Shown in pieces: positions 1-13,270 of a DNA stretch of 64,000 nucleotides. This DNA comes from Octopus sinensis (lineage: Eukaryota), in contig NC_043015.1 in the NCBI RefSeq assembly GCF_006345805.1, forward strand, positions 19,716,001-19,780,000, read 5' to 3'. The position numbers and the translations under genes were made by a program. The first letter of the stretch is position 1. The number at the start of each line of letters is the position of its first letter. The notes under the pieces are model-generated. The model was not told where the DNA came from. It searched no databases and worked only from the letters and a program-made list of their open reading frames with translations.

Positions 1-946
1 TTGACATTCCTCACTTGCTATGCGTCTTCCCATATTCTTGCATGAAATATAAACACTTTGTTTCTAAACCTAAATTTAAAGAAATTCTAATATCATTTCC
101 AGAAATATGGTAGAAATACATTAAAGGTCCAGTCTTTGGTGATATGCCATTATTAATTAAAATTAAATGGCTGTGTAGTTAAGAAGTTTGCTTTGGTTTT
201 GGGTCCAATCCCACTGCATGGCATCTTGGGCAATGCCTTTCTGCTATAAGTCCAAACTGACCAAAGTCTTTTGAGTCGACAGAAATTGGAATAAACCTAT
301 TAAAAAATATGTGTGTGTGTTTTTCCTAAATTTGGCATGTGATAGTTGTAAACATGTAATACTGTCGTCCGTTTCTACTCTTCCATGAAAACCTGTCTGG
401 TCATGGAATAATATTAATTTGCTTGAAAATAGATAAGGTTTAGTGACAGAAAGGGCGTCCAGCTGTAAAACTCCCACCTATTCTCTGGCACTGCCCCAGA
501 TGCTGCAGCTGAGAGGGTTCAAATTAAGGGTCAGAATGTTACTTGAGATTGAGGGCCACATAGCCCCCATGGCTCTCTCAACTCTTTCCAGATACAAACT
601 GCCCTTTCCTCATGATATGGCTATGTAACTGACGTTCTCATATACCATACATCTGGTGGTAGGCTCTGCTACCTTGAGCTGCTTAGCTATGGCCCTCATT
701 GATCCACTAGGGGTATCACTTAACTATTGAGAATGTTTCTTTGTTTTATCAACTAATTATATAAACTCCACCAGAAGATTTCCTGACTCTGTAAATGAAG
801 GACCTGACCATGTTCAAGATGCTCACAACCTCTAAGTTGTTGAGGTTAGCAGTTGGAACCACAAAATTGGTATATCATAATTTTTGGTCACATTGGAATC
901 AGCAAAACTGATGCTGTCCATACATTTGAAATAGAAATATTGTCAA

Positions 947-2383
947 AATTTGGTGCATGTCTCAGTCAAAATTTAGCAGATGCTGCATAACATTGCTTCT
1001 TTGGTACAGGGAGCATAACATTGCATTTTGGTTACATACTGCATAAAATTGCATCTTTAGATCATGCTACATGACATTACATTTTTGGTGCATATTGCAT
1101 AATAAGGCATCTTCAGCACAACCAAAATTGTATTTTTGGTGTATACTGCATAACATAGCATCTCTGCATGTTACAAAATATCACATCTTTAGTGCATACT
1201 GCATAATTTGCATCCTTGGAGCATGCTGCATGGTGTTGCATCCTTGGTGCATACTGCATATCATTGCATTTTTGTATGCTGCAAAAAATTACGTTTTGTT
1301 CATGTTGCACAATATTGCATCATTGGTGCATGATGAAAGACATTATATATTTGGCACATCACATATTGCATCTTCGGTAATGATGCATAGCATTGCATCT
1401 TTGCATGCAGCAAAATATTGTATATTTAGTACATGCTGCATAATTTTGCATTTTTAGTGCATGCTGCATAATATTGCCTCTTCGTATCCTGCATGACTAC
1501 ATTTTTGGTGCATGATGCAGAGCATATTTCATACTTGTTGCAAACAATGTACTTGGTGCATGCTGCATAATATTGCATATTTGGTGCATGCTGCACAACA
1601 CTACATCTTTTCATGTTACATAACATTGTATTTTGTGCATGTTGCATAACATTGCACCTTTGGCATATGTTGCATAACATTGTACATTTGGTGCATACAG
1701 TATAATATTGTGCCTTTGGTGCATACAGCATAATATTGTGCCTTTGGCACATACTGCATAATATTGCACCTTTAGCGCATACTGCATAATATTGCACCTT
1801 TAGCGCATACTGCAAAATATTGCACCTTTCGCACATACTACATAACAGTGCACCTTTGGCGCATACTGCACAACATTGCACCTTTGGCGCATACTGCATA
1901 ACATTGCACCTTTGACGCATACTGCATCTTTTCAGGTTGTATAACATTGCATCTTTGGTGCATGCTGCGATTACATGGCACCTTTGGCACATATTTCATA
2001 ACAGCGCATTTTTGTTGCATGCTGCATAATAGTGCACCTTTGGCACGTGCTGCATAACATTACATCTTTGACGCATTTTACATAACACTACATCTCTGCA
2101 TCTTTGGTACATGGTGCATAACTGCATCTTTGGCATGTGCTGCATAATAACGCAAATTTGGCACATGCTGCATAACAGTGCAACTTTGTGTGCTGATAAC
2201 TGCATCTCTGAGGCATGTTGTATAACCTCTCGTTTTTAGTACATGCTTCATAACATTTCATATTTGGTGCATGCTGTATAACTTTGCATCTTTGCATGCT
2301 GTACAACATTGCATATTTAGTGCATGGCACATACCATTTCATTTCAGTGCATATTGCAAAACATTACATATTTGGTGCATGTT
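947..2383. repeat. 28-bp minisatellite, about 50 degenerate units (e.g. actgcataatattgcacctttagcgcat)
   Basis: Near-identical adjacent units at ~1740-1925; TGCA motifs recur throughout; explains the spurious C/M/Q-rich ORFs at 1071-2511. Confidence 0.9.
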
Positions 2384-2721
2384 GTCTCCCATGGCCTGCT
2401 GAAGTTTGTTCACAAATAACTGGCATCTCACCACTGTTATCTTTAACTATATTATCCAATGTGTCCTTTCTCTTTTGTTTTGAGATAGAATGTAATTTGC
2501 AGGATATTTAGCTGTTCCTTCTTGAAGGTCAGGCAACCACCTAAAGGCTCCATCATTAGCTTAAGCTTTACTTATTTGACTTGTTTTAGAAAATATATTA
2601 CTCTAAAGTCATAGGTTGAAACTAAGAGTTACATCATGGTAGAGTCATATTAGTAATTAAACTACACACATACACTGTTATTTTTTTTTTTTTAGTTATT
2701 TTCCATAGTATATGCAATTAA

Positions 2722-2904
2722 CCCTTTTCATACCAACTTGCCTGAGGCAGACCCAGTTCTATGATACAAACCTTTTATTTTCAAGTGATCTAAATTGAAA
2801 TCTTTCATTAAAATTTCATGGTAATTTGTTCCAAGTACCAGCTTAATAATGAGAAAATTGAGACAAAGGGTGTGTATTTCAACAGAAATATGATGATGAA
2901 AGGG
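2722..2904 (+). mobile_element. MITE with TTAA flanks and CCCTTT/AAAGGG termini (piggyBac-like non-autonomous element)
   Basis: ttaa-ccctttt...aaaggg-ttaa; related internal sequence at ~11904-12198 (-), ~25020-25270 and ~38630-38832. Confidence 0.65.
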
Positions 2905-3118
2905 TTAAAACGCAGATGGGTCACACCGGATAATATAGGGTGTAGTGCAAGATACATGAAAGAAAAGTAAGGTAGTATGGTCATGCTTGGAAAGCCTCAG
3001 TTCATAATTCTGCTGAATCTGGACTGATTTAGTGTTACCATATATCAAAAGAAAAATTGTAACAAAAAGAGTGCCTATGACACTGTAATTCATCTTTTAT
3101 ATAACATATATCTTTCAT

Positions 3119-3183
<65 letters not shown>

Positions 3184-5817
3184 CCATCAACACTATTGCA
3201 TCACCAAAGCCTGCATCTGTATTTCTTAGCACTGTAGTCACAGCAATAACAGATAAATTTTCTTCCAGTATCATGTTTTGTCTACTCAGGGAGAGAAAAA
3301 AAATAACTCCCAAGCCTTTTTTAATGCCAGAATATGAGGAAGACCTCACAAATGAGAGATGTCTCAAATAATTTTATCTTGTATATTATATTTTAATATC
3401 AGTTTTCAGTATTAAAACTTATTACATTTGTTTCAATGAACTTAATTGTAATATATGCAACTTACATGAACACAATGTATGTATTTTAACAAGTAAAGTT
3501 ATTATAAATATACAATTTGTCTTAACTAAAATATTATATTATTAAATGCAATATGATATTATTCAATATATAATCATTTAAATTTTAATTGTAAATGTCA
3601 TAGTTTAAAATCAATCATTATAAACATTACGATTTCATAATTAACTTTTTTTTAATTATTATAGTTAACTATTAATTATTACAGTATGTGAGTGGTGGAC
3701 TGGTAGAATTGATAGAGCATCCAAGAAATATGGTTTGTGATATTTAGTTACATAGGTTTATAATGACAGAGTTCAAATCCTGACTAGTTCAACTTGGTCT
3801 TTCATCCTTTTGGAAGGCTCATCATCATTGTTTAACGTCCCTTTTCCATGCTGGCATGGGTTGGAGAGCCAGCGGCTGCACCAGGCTCCACAGCTAAATG
3901 CCCTTCCTAACACCAACCACTCCAAGAGTGTTGTGGGTGCTTTTTACGTGCTTTTTAAAATAAATACCAGTCAATTAGTGATCTTTAATTAATTAACTAT
4001 TCCCCATCACCACCACCACTATTAAGATGTCTGGTCGTGTGGTCAGAAACCATTAATTATTTCACTAATTATTAATTAGTTATTGATTTTTGTTGCTTAA
4101 TCACAGACATATTGCTCAACAGACAATGTAAACAAATACTGTAATTATACTTAGTTTTATTATATTTATTTAAGGCCCTTTACTCCAAGCAGAGCATAGA
4201 CCATCGATGATTGCTCTCCACTGTTCTCAACCCTGGGCCATCTTTTTGCCCTTCTCCAATTGGATCCCTGCCCTTACAGATTCCTCTTTGATTTTACTGT
4301 CCCTTGTCATGTTTCCCCAAGGGATGGCCTCCCCTACCCAGGTCTTGTTGGTTTTGAAATGTCATCGATGCTTCTGTATCTTTGCCTTTTTTCTAGGAAA
4401 GGATATTACCCCTACACAAACCCATTTTTATCTCTGGGTAAAAGAGATAATCCATATTAATTTGGTTTCTACCCTTTGATCTCTCCAACATGGGGCTTGT
4501 GTTTTGCTGGCATAGTTCTCAGGGTTATTGAAGCACACAAGCCAAAGCATCACAGGGCCTTACAGTAGCAGTTTTATTATGGATGAGAGAGAAATTCTTT
4601 GTAAGCTAAGTTTGAAGTCCAGTTTTGATGACCAGTGAAAGATAATTGGTACCATTCTAAATATATTCCATCAGATTTGAATGTTAATCACTATTGGATT
4701 TCACTTCTGGATATCGTCTGAAAGAAGAAGCTGTTCTTTTGAAGGCAAAATAAAATAGCAATTTGTGTATTTACCATCAAATTTGCTGGGAACATATTAA
4801 GAATTAGTTTACCAATGTAGGTGTTTTATCGATTTCCAAAACTGACACTCGGTCAGAAACATGAATGAAGATCTTCCCTTAACAGTTGACCGGTAGTTAC
4901 TCTATTGAAACCCTACTACCATAACCCACTGCCATGGAAAAATGAAATTCAAAGTTAGACTGGCTGTATTTGAACTCAGACTGTCTCGTAACATTAGCTT
5001 AAAATCAAAATGACTTATTTTATTTAGCTCTCTATCAATACTACCATGCACCACCACTCTCCTTTAATTACGATTAATTACATCTAATAAATTTTGATTT
5101 ACTTTCAAATTAATTATATATATGTATGTATGTAATGTTGTTGTTGTTATTGCCATTTTTAATATTGTTGTTATCAATGTTGTTTTCACTGTTATTATTT
5201 ATATCTTTAACTTATTGTTTTCTTAATTTGTTATTAGATTGATTTTGCTCCTAAATTATAATTACCATTATCTGTTTATTGTTATTGCCATCATTATAGT
5301 TATTATTATTATTATTATTATTATTCCACCGAGGTCAACTTTGCTTTCATCCTTTCAGGGTCAATGAATTAAGTACCAGTAAAACACTGGGGTCAATACA
5401 ATCAACTAGCACCCACCCCACAAATTTGAGACTTTGTGCCCTTAGTAGAAAAGATTATAGCTATTATTATTAATATTATGGCAGTGAGCTGGCAGAATTG
5501 TTAACACACCAGACAAAACACTCAGTGACATTGTTTGTGTTTACATTCTGAGTTCAAATACCAATAAGATTCACTTTGCTTTCTCATTCTTTCAGGGTCA
5601 ATAAAATTAATATTAGTTCAGCATTGGAGTCACTGTAATCAACTGGACCCTTCCCACCAAAAAACTGCAAGCCCTACATTTATAGTAGTAGAAAGAATTA
5701 TTCTTATTATTTTGGTTTGGCTCAGGTTTGATCTTATTCCTAATAGGATTCATGTGGGTAGCGGGTTACTACCTGTAACCTTAGGTATCCACAAGTTTTC
5801 AGCAGTCTTTCAAGTGC

Positions 5818-6270
5818 TTCATCATCATTGTTCGACCGTGGTCGAGACAATGGAATTTACCATGTTGCGCCAGACTTCACGGTCCATCATAGCATTACGG
5901 AGGTCCTGTTGCTGGATGCCTGTATCCCTGGAGATTACATCAGGGTAGGAGAGTGTGCGCCCTCTGGTGTTGCGAGTAGATGGCTTCCAGAGGAGAAGAG
6001 TAGAGATTACTTCTTTTTCAGCTCTACAACAATGTCCAGCAAACTGGACTCTCCTACCTTTCACAAGAGATGACACAGGTGGTAATTTCCCATATATTTG
6101 CATTTTAGTTGGATGGTGCTTAGAAACCCCCTGATAATCTTTGCTGTCCCTAAGAGACAACCTTTCTGTAGGGGCTCTAACAGGCATTCTATTTCAATCT
6201 CCTTCGGCCATTTGTCTATACCTTTGTAATATTTTGGTAGAATCTTCAGCAAAGATGCCATGTTAAGCAA
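5818..6270 (-). mobile_element. RTE-clade LINE 3' fragment
   Basis: Minus ORF ...RRVQFAGHCCRAEKEVISTLLLWKP...GRTLSYPDVISRD...MMDREVWR..., typical RTE C-terminus, followed by a (GAT)n tail. Confidence 0.75.
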
Positions 6271-6519
6271 GGATAAGAAGAAGAATTCTTCCTGATTTTT
6301 GGTGCAAGACCAATTTTGAGGGGAGGGGACAAGTCAATTACATTGACCCCAGGACTTGGTTGGTACTTATTTTATCAACACTGAAAGGAAGAAAGGTAAG
6401 GTGATTCTTGGTGGAATTTGAAAAGGCCAAGGAAATGCCATTAAGCATTTTGTCCAATCCACAATTGTACCTGCCATCTCACTTCCTTAATAATGATCAA
6501 AATCAAAATCACTGACCTG

Positions 6520-6960
6520 GTCAATGCACATCCAAGTGTGATCATTGCCAGGGCTGTGGATTGGATCCCATGCCGGTGGCATATAAAAAGCACCATTTGA
6601 GTGTGATCGTTGCCAGTGTCACCTTACTGGCACATGTGCTGGTGGCACGTGAAAAACAACATTCGAACATGGTCATTGCCAGTGCCACCTGACTGGCTCC
6701 CATGCAAGTAGCATGTAAAAGACACCTTTTGAGAATGGTCGTTGCCAGAACCACCTGACTGGCCCTCATGCTGGTGGCACGTAAAAGCACCCACTACACT
6801 CTCGGAGTGGTTGGCGTTAGGAAGGGCATCTAGCTGTAGAAACTTTGCCAGATCAGATTGGAGCCTGGTGCAGCCTTCTGGTTCACCAGTCCTCAATCAA
6901 ACCGTGTAACCCATGCCAGCATGGAAAGCAGACATTAAACGATGAATAATAATAATAATA
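6520..6960 (+). mobile_element. 3'-UTR-only copy of an RTE LINE family with internal subrepeats (gtgccggtggcacgtaaaaagcacc)
   Basis: Matches the 3' UTR of the RTE at 61680-62690 and ends in gttaaac(gat)n-like sequence; further copies at ~3820-3950(-), 8510-8740(+), 9080-9410(-), 20520-20710(+), 41180-41480(+), 48640-48980(+), 51295-51688(-). Confidence 0.7.
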
Positions 6961-7543
6961 ATCACACAAGGCCTAAAATTTTGTGGAAGGCAACTAGGTA
7001 ATTACAACAACCCCAGTGTTCAACATTATCAACACCGAAATGATGAAAGGCATAGTTGAACTCCATGGAATTTGAACTCAAAACATAAAGAATCGGAAAA
7101 ATTCTGCTGAACACTTTGTCCGATGCATTTGCAATTTTACCATCTCACCACATTATTATTATTATTATTATCCTCAATAATAATAACAAAAGTAATAATG
7201 GTTTCAAATTTCGCCACAAGACCAGCCATTTTGGTGGGAGGGGATCTGTCAATTACATCCCAGTGTTTTGCTGGTACTTAATTTATTGACCCCAAAAGGA
7301 TGAAAAGCAAAGTTGACCTCGGTGGAATTCGAACTCAGAACATAGTGTCAGACGAAATACTGCTAAGCATTTTGCCCAGTGTGCTAATGATTCTGCCAGC
7401 TCACCACTTTAAATAATAATAATAATAATAATAATAATTATTATAATAAAAATTGTACCATTTTATTGCTATGAAGTTATTGTTTAAAATAATATGAATA
7501 GTTGTTTCTGGAGAATTTCTTATTTTCCTGTTCTGTTTTACAG

Positions 7544-7627
7544 CTCCTGATGGGAAAGAACTTCCAGTGAAACTGAAGAACAAGGGTGATCACATTTATC
7601 AAGCGGAATGGACTCCCGTAGTTGTTG
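7544..7627 (+). CDS. Filamin-family gene, internal coding exon 1 in window (module exon A1, 84 nt)
   Basis: ttttacag acceptor, G|gtatgt donor; encodes PDGKELPVKLKNKGDHIYQAEWTPVVV(G), a filamin Ig-repeat segment; phase 1-1 and in frame with the next exon. Confidence 0.9.
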
Positions 7628-8110
7628 GTATGTCCTTCTTAAACCTTATCATTTTCACAGATGCTCTTCTGTCTCCCACCCTTCTTTAACCCACAACTCT
7701 CTTCTGATATATTTTCTATCGTTTATCTTTCACTTGGTTCAGTCATTGGATTGTGGCTATGCTGGGGCACCATTTTCAAGGGTTTAGTTGAAAAATCAAC
7801 CCACTTTTTTTGTTTTGGGTTTTTTTTTTTTTCATTTTTAACATTTGATATTTGTTTTGATATTCACTTGCAAGTGATATTTACCTGTGCACAGGTAAGA
7901 CAGTGCTATCAAAGGGTCTGGCACATATGGTATTGTCTAGACAATTAACTAAATTAATTAGACATTAACTAAATACAGCTATACTTCTTATCCATCACTT
8001 TACTAAATCTGTCCCCTTCTCTATTAATTCAATTTATATAGACAAATTTAACAGGGCCTTTTTTCCTGTTTCTTGACTTTTTACCTTTTTATCATTTCTC
8101 TTACTTATAG

Positions 8111-8248
8111 GGGACCACAAAATACAAGTTGCTTATGCAAGTAGCCCAATAAAAAACAGTCCTTTCACTGCCAAAGCGTATGATGCTGGTAGGGTTACAG
8201 TGAATCCTGCAACAAAAGGAAATCTTGGCAAACCAGTAGAATTTATGC
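8111..8248 (+). CDS. Filamin-family exon 2 (B1, 138 nt)
   Basis: ttatag acceptor, gtaagt donor; DHKIQVAYASSPIKNSPFTAKAYDAGRVTVNPATKGNLGKPVEFM, containing the filamin xSPF motif. Confidence 0.92.
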
Positions 8249-9040
8249 GTAAGTTGACTTTAAAAAAAAAATTACTTTTTTGTGACTTTTTTATTTCTTT
8301 CCTTTTGATAGTTTTTATATTTGAAATTTTCATTGTAATTCTTTTACATAAGTCACTGGACAGTGGCCATGCTGGAGCACTACTTTTAAGTGTTTAGTCA
8401 AAAGAACAAACCTCAGCATGCCTTTTAAAATTTTTTAAAGCCTATTACTATATGTTCTATTAATTTTTGCTGAACCACTAAGTTATGGAAACGTCAACAA
8501 ACCATTACCTGTTGTGACGTTGTAGCAGGGTGCACTCGTACCAGTGCTGCATAAATTCCCTCGTGCCAGTGGCACATAGAAAGCGTTCAGCATACTCTGT
8601 AAAGTGATTGGTGTTAGGAAGGGCATCCAGCCATAGAAACCATGACACAACAGACAACTGGAGTTTGGACAGCTCCCCAGCTGGCTACTTCCTGTCAAAC
8701 TGTCCAACCCATGGCGGCATGGAAAACAAACGTTAAATAATGATGATCATATATATATATATAGTAAATGAAAGACAGAAGATGGAATATATGAGAAATT
8801 TGTATTAATCACGACAATTGTTTCGACACATCTAGTGTTGATCCCTCATGGGTGGGACACTTAACAACTGGTTCAGGTGTATCCAGCTGTGCAGATGTCT
8901 CATTGAGTGATATATAGACACAACTCATTAAAATAATAGTTCTGCAAAATGTATCTTCTCATTTTGTAGAAAGAGAAGCAGTAAAGCGAAGGAAATGTCT
9001 TCATTTATATAGAAGATCAAACTAAAATCACAGATGATAT

Positions 9041-9083
<43 letters not shown>

Positions 9084-9834
9084 TCATCATCATCATCATC
9101 ATCATTTAACGTCTGCTTTCCATGCTAGCATTTGTTGGACGATTTGACTGAGGACTGGCGAACCAGATAGCTGCACCAGGCTCCAATCTTGATCTAGCAG
9201 AGTTCCTACAGCTGGATGCCCTTCCTAACACCAACCACTCCGAGAGTGTAGTGGGTGCTTTTACGTGCCACCGGCACGAGGGCCAGTCAAGCGATACTGG
9301 CAACAGTTATGCTCAAATGGTGTTTTTTTACATGCTACCTGCACAGGAGCCAGTCCAGCGGCACTGGCAATGACCTCACTCAAATGTTTTTTCATGTGCC
9401 ACCAGCACATATATACATATATATATATAAGTATATGCGTGTATGCTTGCAGACAGAATGGTTACCACATCAGACAAAATGCTTAGCAGCATTTCTTTTG
9501 TCTCTTTTCAAATCTCACCAGGGTTAGCTTTGTTTTTCATCCTGCCAAAATCAATAAAATAAAGCACCAGTTAAGAATTAGGTCAATGGAATCTGCTAAC
9601 CATCTCCCACTAAAATAGTTGGCCTTGCACCAATTTTAAACCATCATCATCATCATAATTATTATTATCATCATTATCCTCTTTTAATTTTGTTCCCATT
9701 TCTTGTTGAGTGTCATCCTGACACCTAGGGCAAAGAAACTTACTGTATGCATCGGTAAGTCATTAAAATAAACAAACCAGATTGTTCATTTACAAAACCA
9801 TTATTATTATTATTGTTATTATTATTATTACTAG

Positions 9835-10011
9835 TGGATACCAGTAAAGCAGGAATTGGTAATATTGAAATTCTTGTGTCAGTAAATGGAGAAACTGTAC
9901 CAAACTATTTTAAGCAAGAAACAAAAGATTCTTGCTTCAGAATATCCTTTACACCACAAGAACCGTCCAAACATATGGTACATGTCAAATTCAATGGAGA
10001 GCCAGTTCCAG
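9835..10011 (+). CDS. Filamin-family exon 3 (C1, 177 nt)
   Basis: ctag acceptor, G|gtaaga donor; DTSKAGIGNIEILVSVNGETVPNYFKQETKDSCFRISFTPQEPSKHMVHVKFNGEPVP(G); overlaps ORF 9813-10091. Confidence 0.93.
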
Positions 10012-10448
10012 GTAAGAATTCTCTTGAAATCAAGTATCATGTATATATGTGTCTTTCTGAGAAAGAGAGGTGGGGGAAGAGAGTCTGCTAATGTTCTTTG
10101 GTTTTTGTGCAAAACTAGATACACACAAAACACACATAATGATAATAATGTGGTGTGAATATTTTCATCTCTCCTTCAAATATGTATACTGGGTGTTCAA
10201 AAAGTCTCTCCACAGTAAGTATTGTAAAATAAATATTTATAAGATGGTATAAGACTACAAAAGGGTATATTAGATTTTACAAGACTTTAATAAACTTTAT
10301 AAGGGGTGTTGAAAGTGTCATGCTTCATTTTCAATCTTTTACTGCCATGTGAGCACTTCCTAGGCTGATTACCGCAGGAACAAAAAACATTCACTGCTGA
10401 GATATTTTTTGAACACCCTGTATTTCTGATATATTTGTGTTTCCACAG

Positions 10449-10595
10449 GAAGTCCTTTCCCAGTCAGGATCCTAAACAGTGAGCGTATCCATGTTTCTGG
10501 ACAAGCCCTCCAGTTGGCATCAGCCAATACCCTTTCCAGTTTTAAGATCGATCCTAAAGGTGCAGGGGAAGGAGATGTTACTGTCAACATTACAG
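10449..10595 (+). CDS. Filamin-family exon 4 (D1, 147 nt)
   Basis: ttccacag acceptor, gtaact donor; SPFPVRILNSERIHVSGQALQLASANTLSSFKIDPKGAGEGDVTVNIT(G). Confidence 0.93.
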
Positions 10596-10994
10596 GTAAC
10601 TATTATCGGATTGTTGCTTTCTTTTTGTTTTGTTTTTAATTATTTATTTATTGGTATTTGTTTTAATAAATTTTTCTCCAATGCCACTGAGTTTAGGAAG
10701 TGATTTAATGAAACAAATTATCATCATCATTTTCCTCACTGTTATCATCTTCATCAACATCATCTCACTCGACATCGTCACCATCATTGCCATCATTATT
10801 GTCATCATCATCTTTCTCATCTTTGTCCTCTTCATTAGCACCATCTATTTGCCATATTTATCATTACTAAAGCTATCATCATCATCAAAAATATCTTCAC
10901 TACTGAAATTGTCATTGACAATAACCTTAATACCATCTTAATTGTCATCACGATCACCATCATCATCTCCAATGTTGAAGTTATCATCATCATC

Positions 10995-11296
10995 TTTACA
11001 TTGTTTACATTTGATGGATAGTTGTCCTCATCTTGTTTGTTGTTAACACGTTTCGGCTGATATACCCTCTAGCCTTCATCAGGTGTCATGGAGAAATTTC
11101 AAACCTGGGTTCTCATTCTTAAGATATTTTTTGATATTATCATTATTATTCAAGTCACTGCCTGGAATCGATCTTGGAATCTTGGGGTTAGTAGCCCATG
11201 CTCTTAACCACTATGCCATATGCCTACGGGCATATATCCATCAAATGTAAATAATGTAAATAATTCCTCATCTCTTCTCATGATATAGAACTGTAT
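10995..11296. mobile_element. Palindromic tRNA-headed element with hammerhead-like motif, copy P1 (left arm, centre and terminal stub of right arm)
   Basis: Shares sequence with 21045-21447, 37151-37507 and 41934-42213; central ccatatgcc-tac-gggcata dyad; ends in atatagaactgtat, the reverse complement of the left terminus atacagttctata. Confidence 0.8.
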
Positions 11297-11775
11297 CATC
11301 ATCTTTATTGTCATCAAGGTGAATAGCCATTAGTTTAGAGTGCTGCATTCACAATCATAATATCATAAGTTCAGTTCCTGGACTGGACAGTTCATTATGT
11401 CCTTGAGCAAGGTACTTCATTTCATGTTGCATTAGTCTAGTCAGCTAAAAACAAATACCTTCTCTCTCTCCTTCCTGCTGTCACGTCCCTGATGTTCCAC
11501 GGAGTCAAGAATTGAAGGGCCAATAATGTGTTTATATCTACTCTCAGACACATCACAAGTACCTTAAACAATTAGCAAAAACATGGTACAAGGTACCAAG
11601 AGTGACAGCTAAACTTTAACAACCTTGTCTGAAAATTTCTGGTTTTGTGCCTGCCTCAAAAATCAAATGATTTTCAATTTAATGTATTGATTTTTTTTTT
11701 TCTTTTTCTCGTTTTTACCCTTTTCTTTAATTACTCTTTTAAAACAATCTGTGTCTCTGTACTCTTATTTTCCAG

Positions 11776-11859
11776 GACCAAGTGGTAGACAAGTCCCAGC
11801 CAGAGTATCTGGTAGCCCCACTTCAGTTTACAGAGTGGATTTTACCCCAACAGAAATAG
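11776..11859 (+). CDS. Filamin-family exon 5 (A2, 84 nt)
   Basis: ttttccag acceptor, gtaagt donor; PSGRQVPARVSGSPTSVYRVDFTPTEI(G). Confidence 0.92.
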   Translation, partial: DQVVDKSQPEYLVAPLQFTEWILPQQK

Positions 11860-12714
11860 GTAAGTCTGAACACTTGGTAGGATTAGATTGTCTGTTAACT
11901 TAACTCATTTCTTACCATATTTCTGTTGAAATATGCTGCCTCTGTTTTGCTTCATTTTGACAGTAATGAAGAATTTAGGAAAGTAACTTTGTCAGTACTA
12001 AACCATTTTTTTAGCACATATCTGTTAAACTGTATTGTTTTGCTCTAATTGATTTTTGAAAATAATGAAGAATTTAGGAAAATAGCTTCATTTATTAAAA
12101 TGGAATTTTAATGAAAGGTTTTAATTTAGATTAGTTTAAGACATGAAGTTTGTATCATGGACTCAAGGATAGTCTTTGGCAGGTTTGTAACAAAAGGGTT
12201 AACTATCTGTACTAGTGTAGTGGACAGAAAGAATTGGTAGAGCATTGAACAAAGTGACTTGTGGTATTTAAGCAGATTGATGGAATTGGTAGAACATCAG
12301 AGAGATTATCTTATGGTATTTGGTTTATCTCTTTAATGTTCTGAATTCAAAACCTGTTTGGGTTAACCTTTTCTTTTGAACATGGAACTGCCAAGCACTC
12401 TGGCTAAAATCATTTTGCCTCTCTACCTACAACTGGCAGAAAAGGAAGGGTATGGCAAATAGTGCAGGTCCAAGATATCACCAGAAATTCTAAGATGTTT
12501 CCCACTGAAGTGGCCTTTCATCATAAATTGGATCTAGGGCCTAAAAGAAAATCAACATAAAATGCCCGTAATTCATTCTGTAATGGCTGATATGATTTTA
12601 AACAATGGCAGAAACCATTCCACTTTGATGATGCGGTATTTAATGCTTGGATTTTCACTTGTGGCAGATAGCCTTGACAGTGGCACATGTTAGTGTGTGT
12701 GTGTATGTGTGAAG

Positions 12715-13060
12715 GTGCATGGCTCAGTAGTTACAGCATCAGGCTCCCAATCAGGAGGTAGTGAGTTCGATTCCTGGACTAGGCTGTGTTGTGTTGTTTT
12801 CTTGAGCAAGGCACTTTATTTCACGTTGGTCCAGTTGATTCAGCTGTAGAAATGAGTTGTGATCTCACTGGTGCCAAGCTGTATCAGTCTTTGTTTTTCC
12901 CTTTGATAACTTCGATGGAAAGGAGAGGGGAGGCTGGTATGCATGATTGGTTGCTGGTCTTCCACCAACAACCTTGCCCAGACTTGTGCCTCAGAGAGTA
13001 ACTTTGTAGGTGCAATCCCATGGTCATCCATGACCAAAACAGGTCTTTACCACAGACAGA
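12715..13060 (+). mobile_element. tRNA-derived SINE (third family)
   Basis: A-box-like tggctcagtagtt and B-box gagttcgattcc; body cttgagcaaggcactt shared with 11320-11460, 33815-34045 and 35915-36010. Confidence 0.6.
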
Positions 13061-13132
13061 CAGATACTTCATTTAACATTATAATTATTTTTTTAAGGGT
13101 GTATACATAACACATATTAACATTTCTTTCAG

Positions 13133-13270
13133 GTAAACACACAATCAAAGTATGCTACGATGATGTTGAGATAAAAGGTAGCCCTTTCTATTGCAATGTC
13201 TTTGATGCCAACTTATCAATTGTGAAAGGATCTTCCAGAGCCTATTTGAACAGAAGCATAACCATTCTTG
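13133..13270 (+). CDS. Filamin-family exon 6 (B2, 138 nt)
   Basis: tttctttcag acceptor, gtaagt donor; KHTIKVCYDDVEIKGSPFYCNVFDANLSIVKGSSRAYLNRSITIL. Confidence 0.92.

Noticed and set aside
947-2383. Possible CRISPR-like array
   Set aside because: Units are contiguous without unique spacers, the context is eukaryotic, and there are no cas genes
1071-2511. Overlapping Cys/Met/Gln-rich ORFs of 60-188 aa on both strands
   Set aside because: They are translations of the 28-bp minisatellite; no splice context or domain signature
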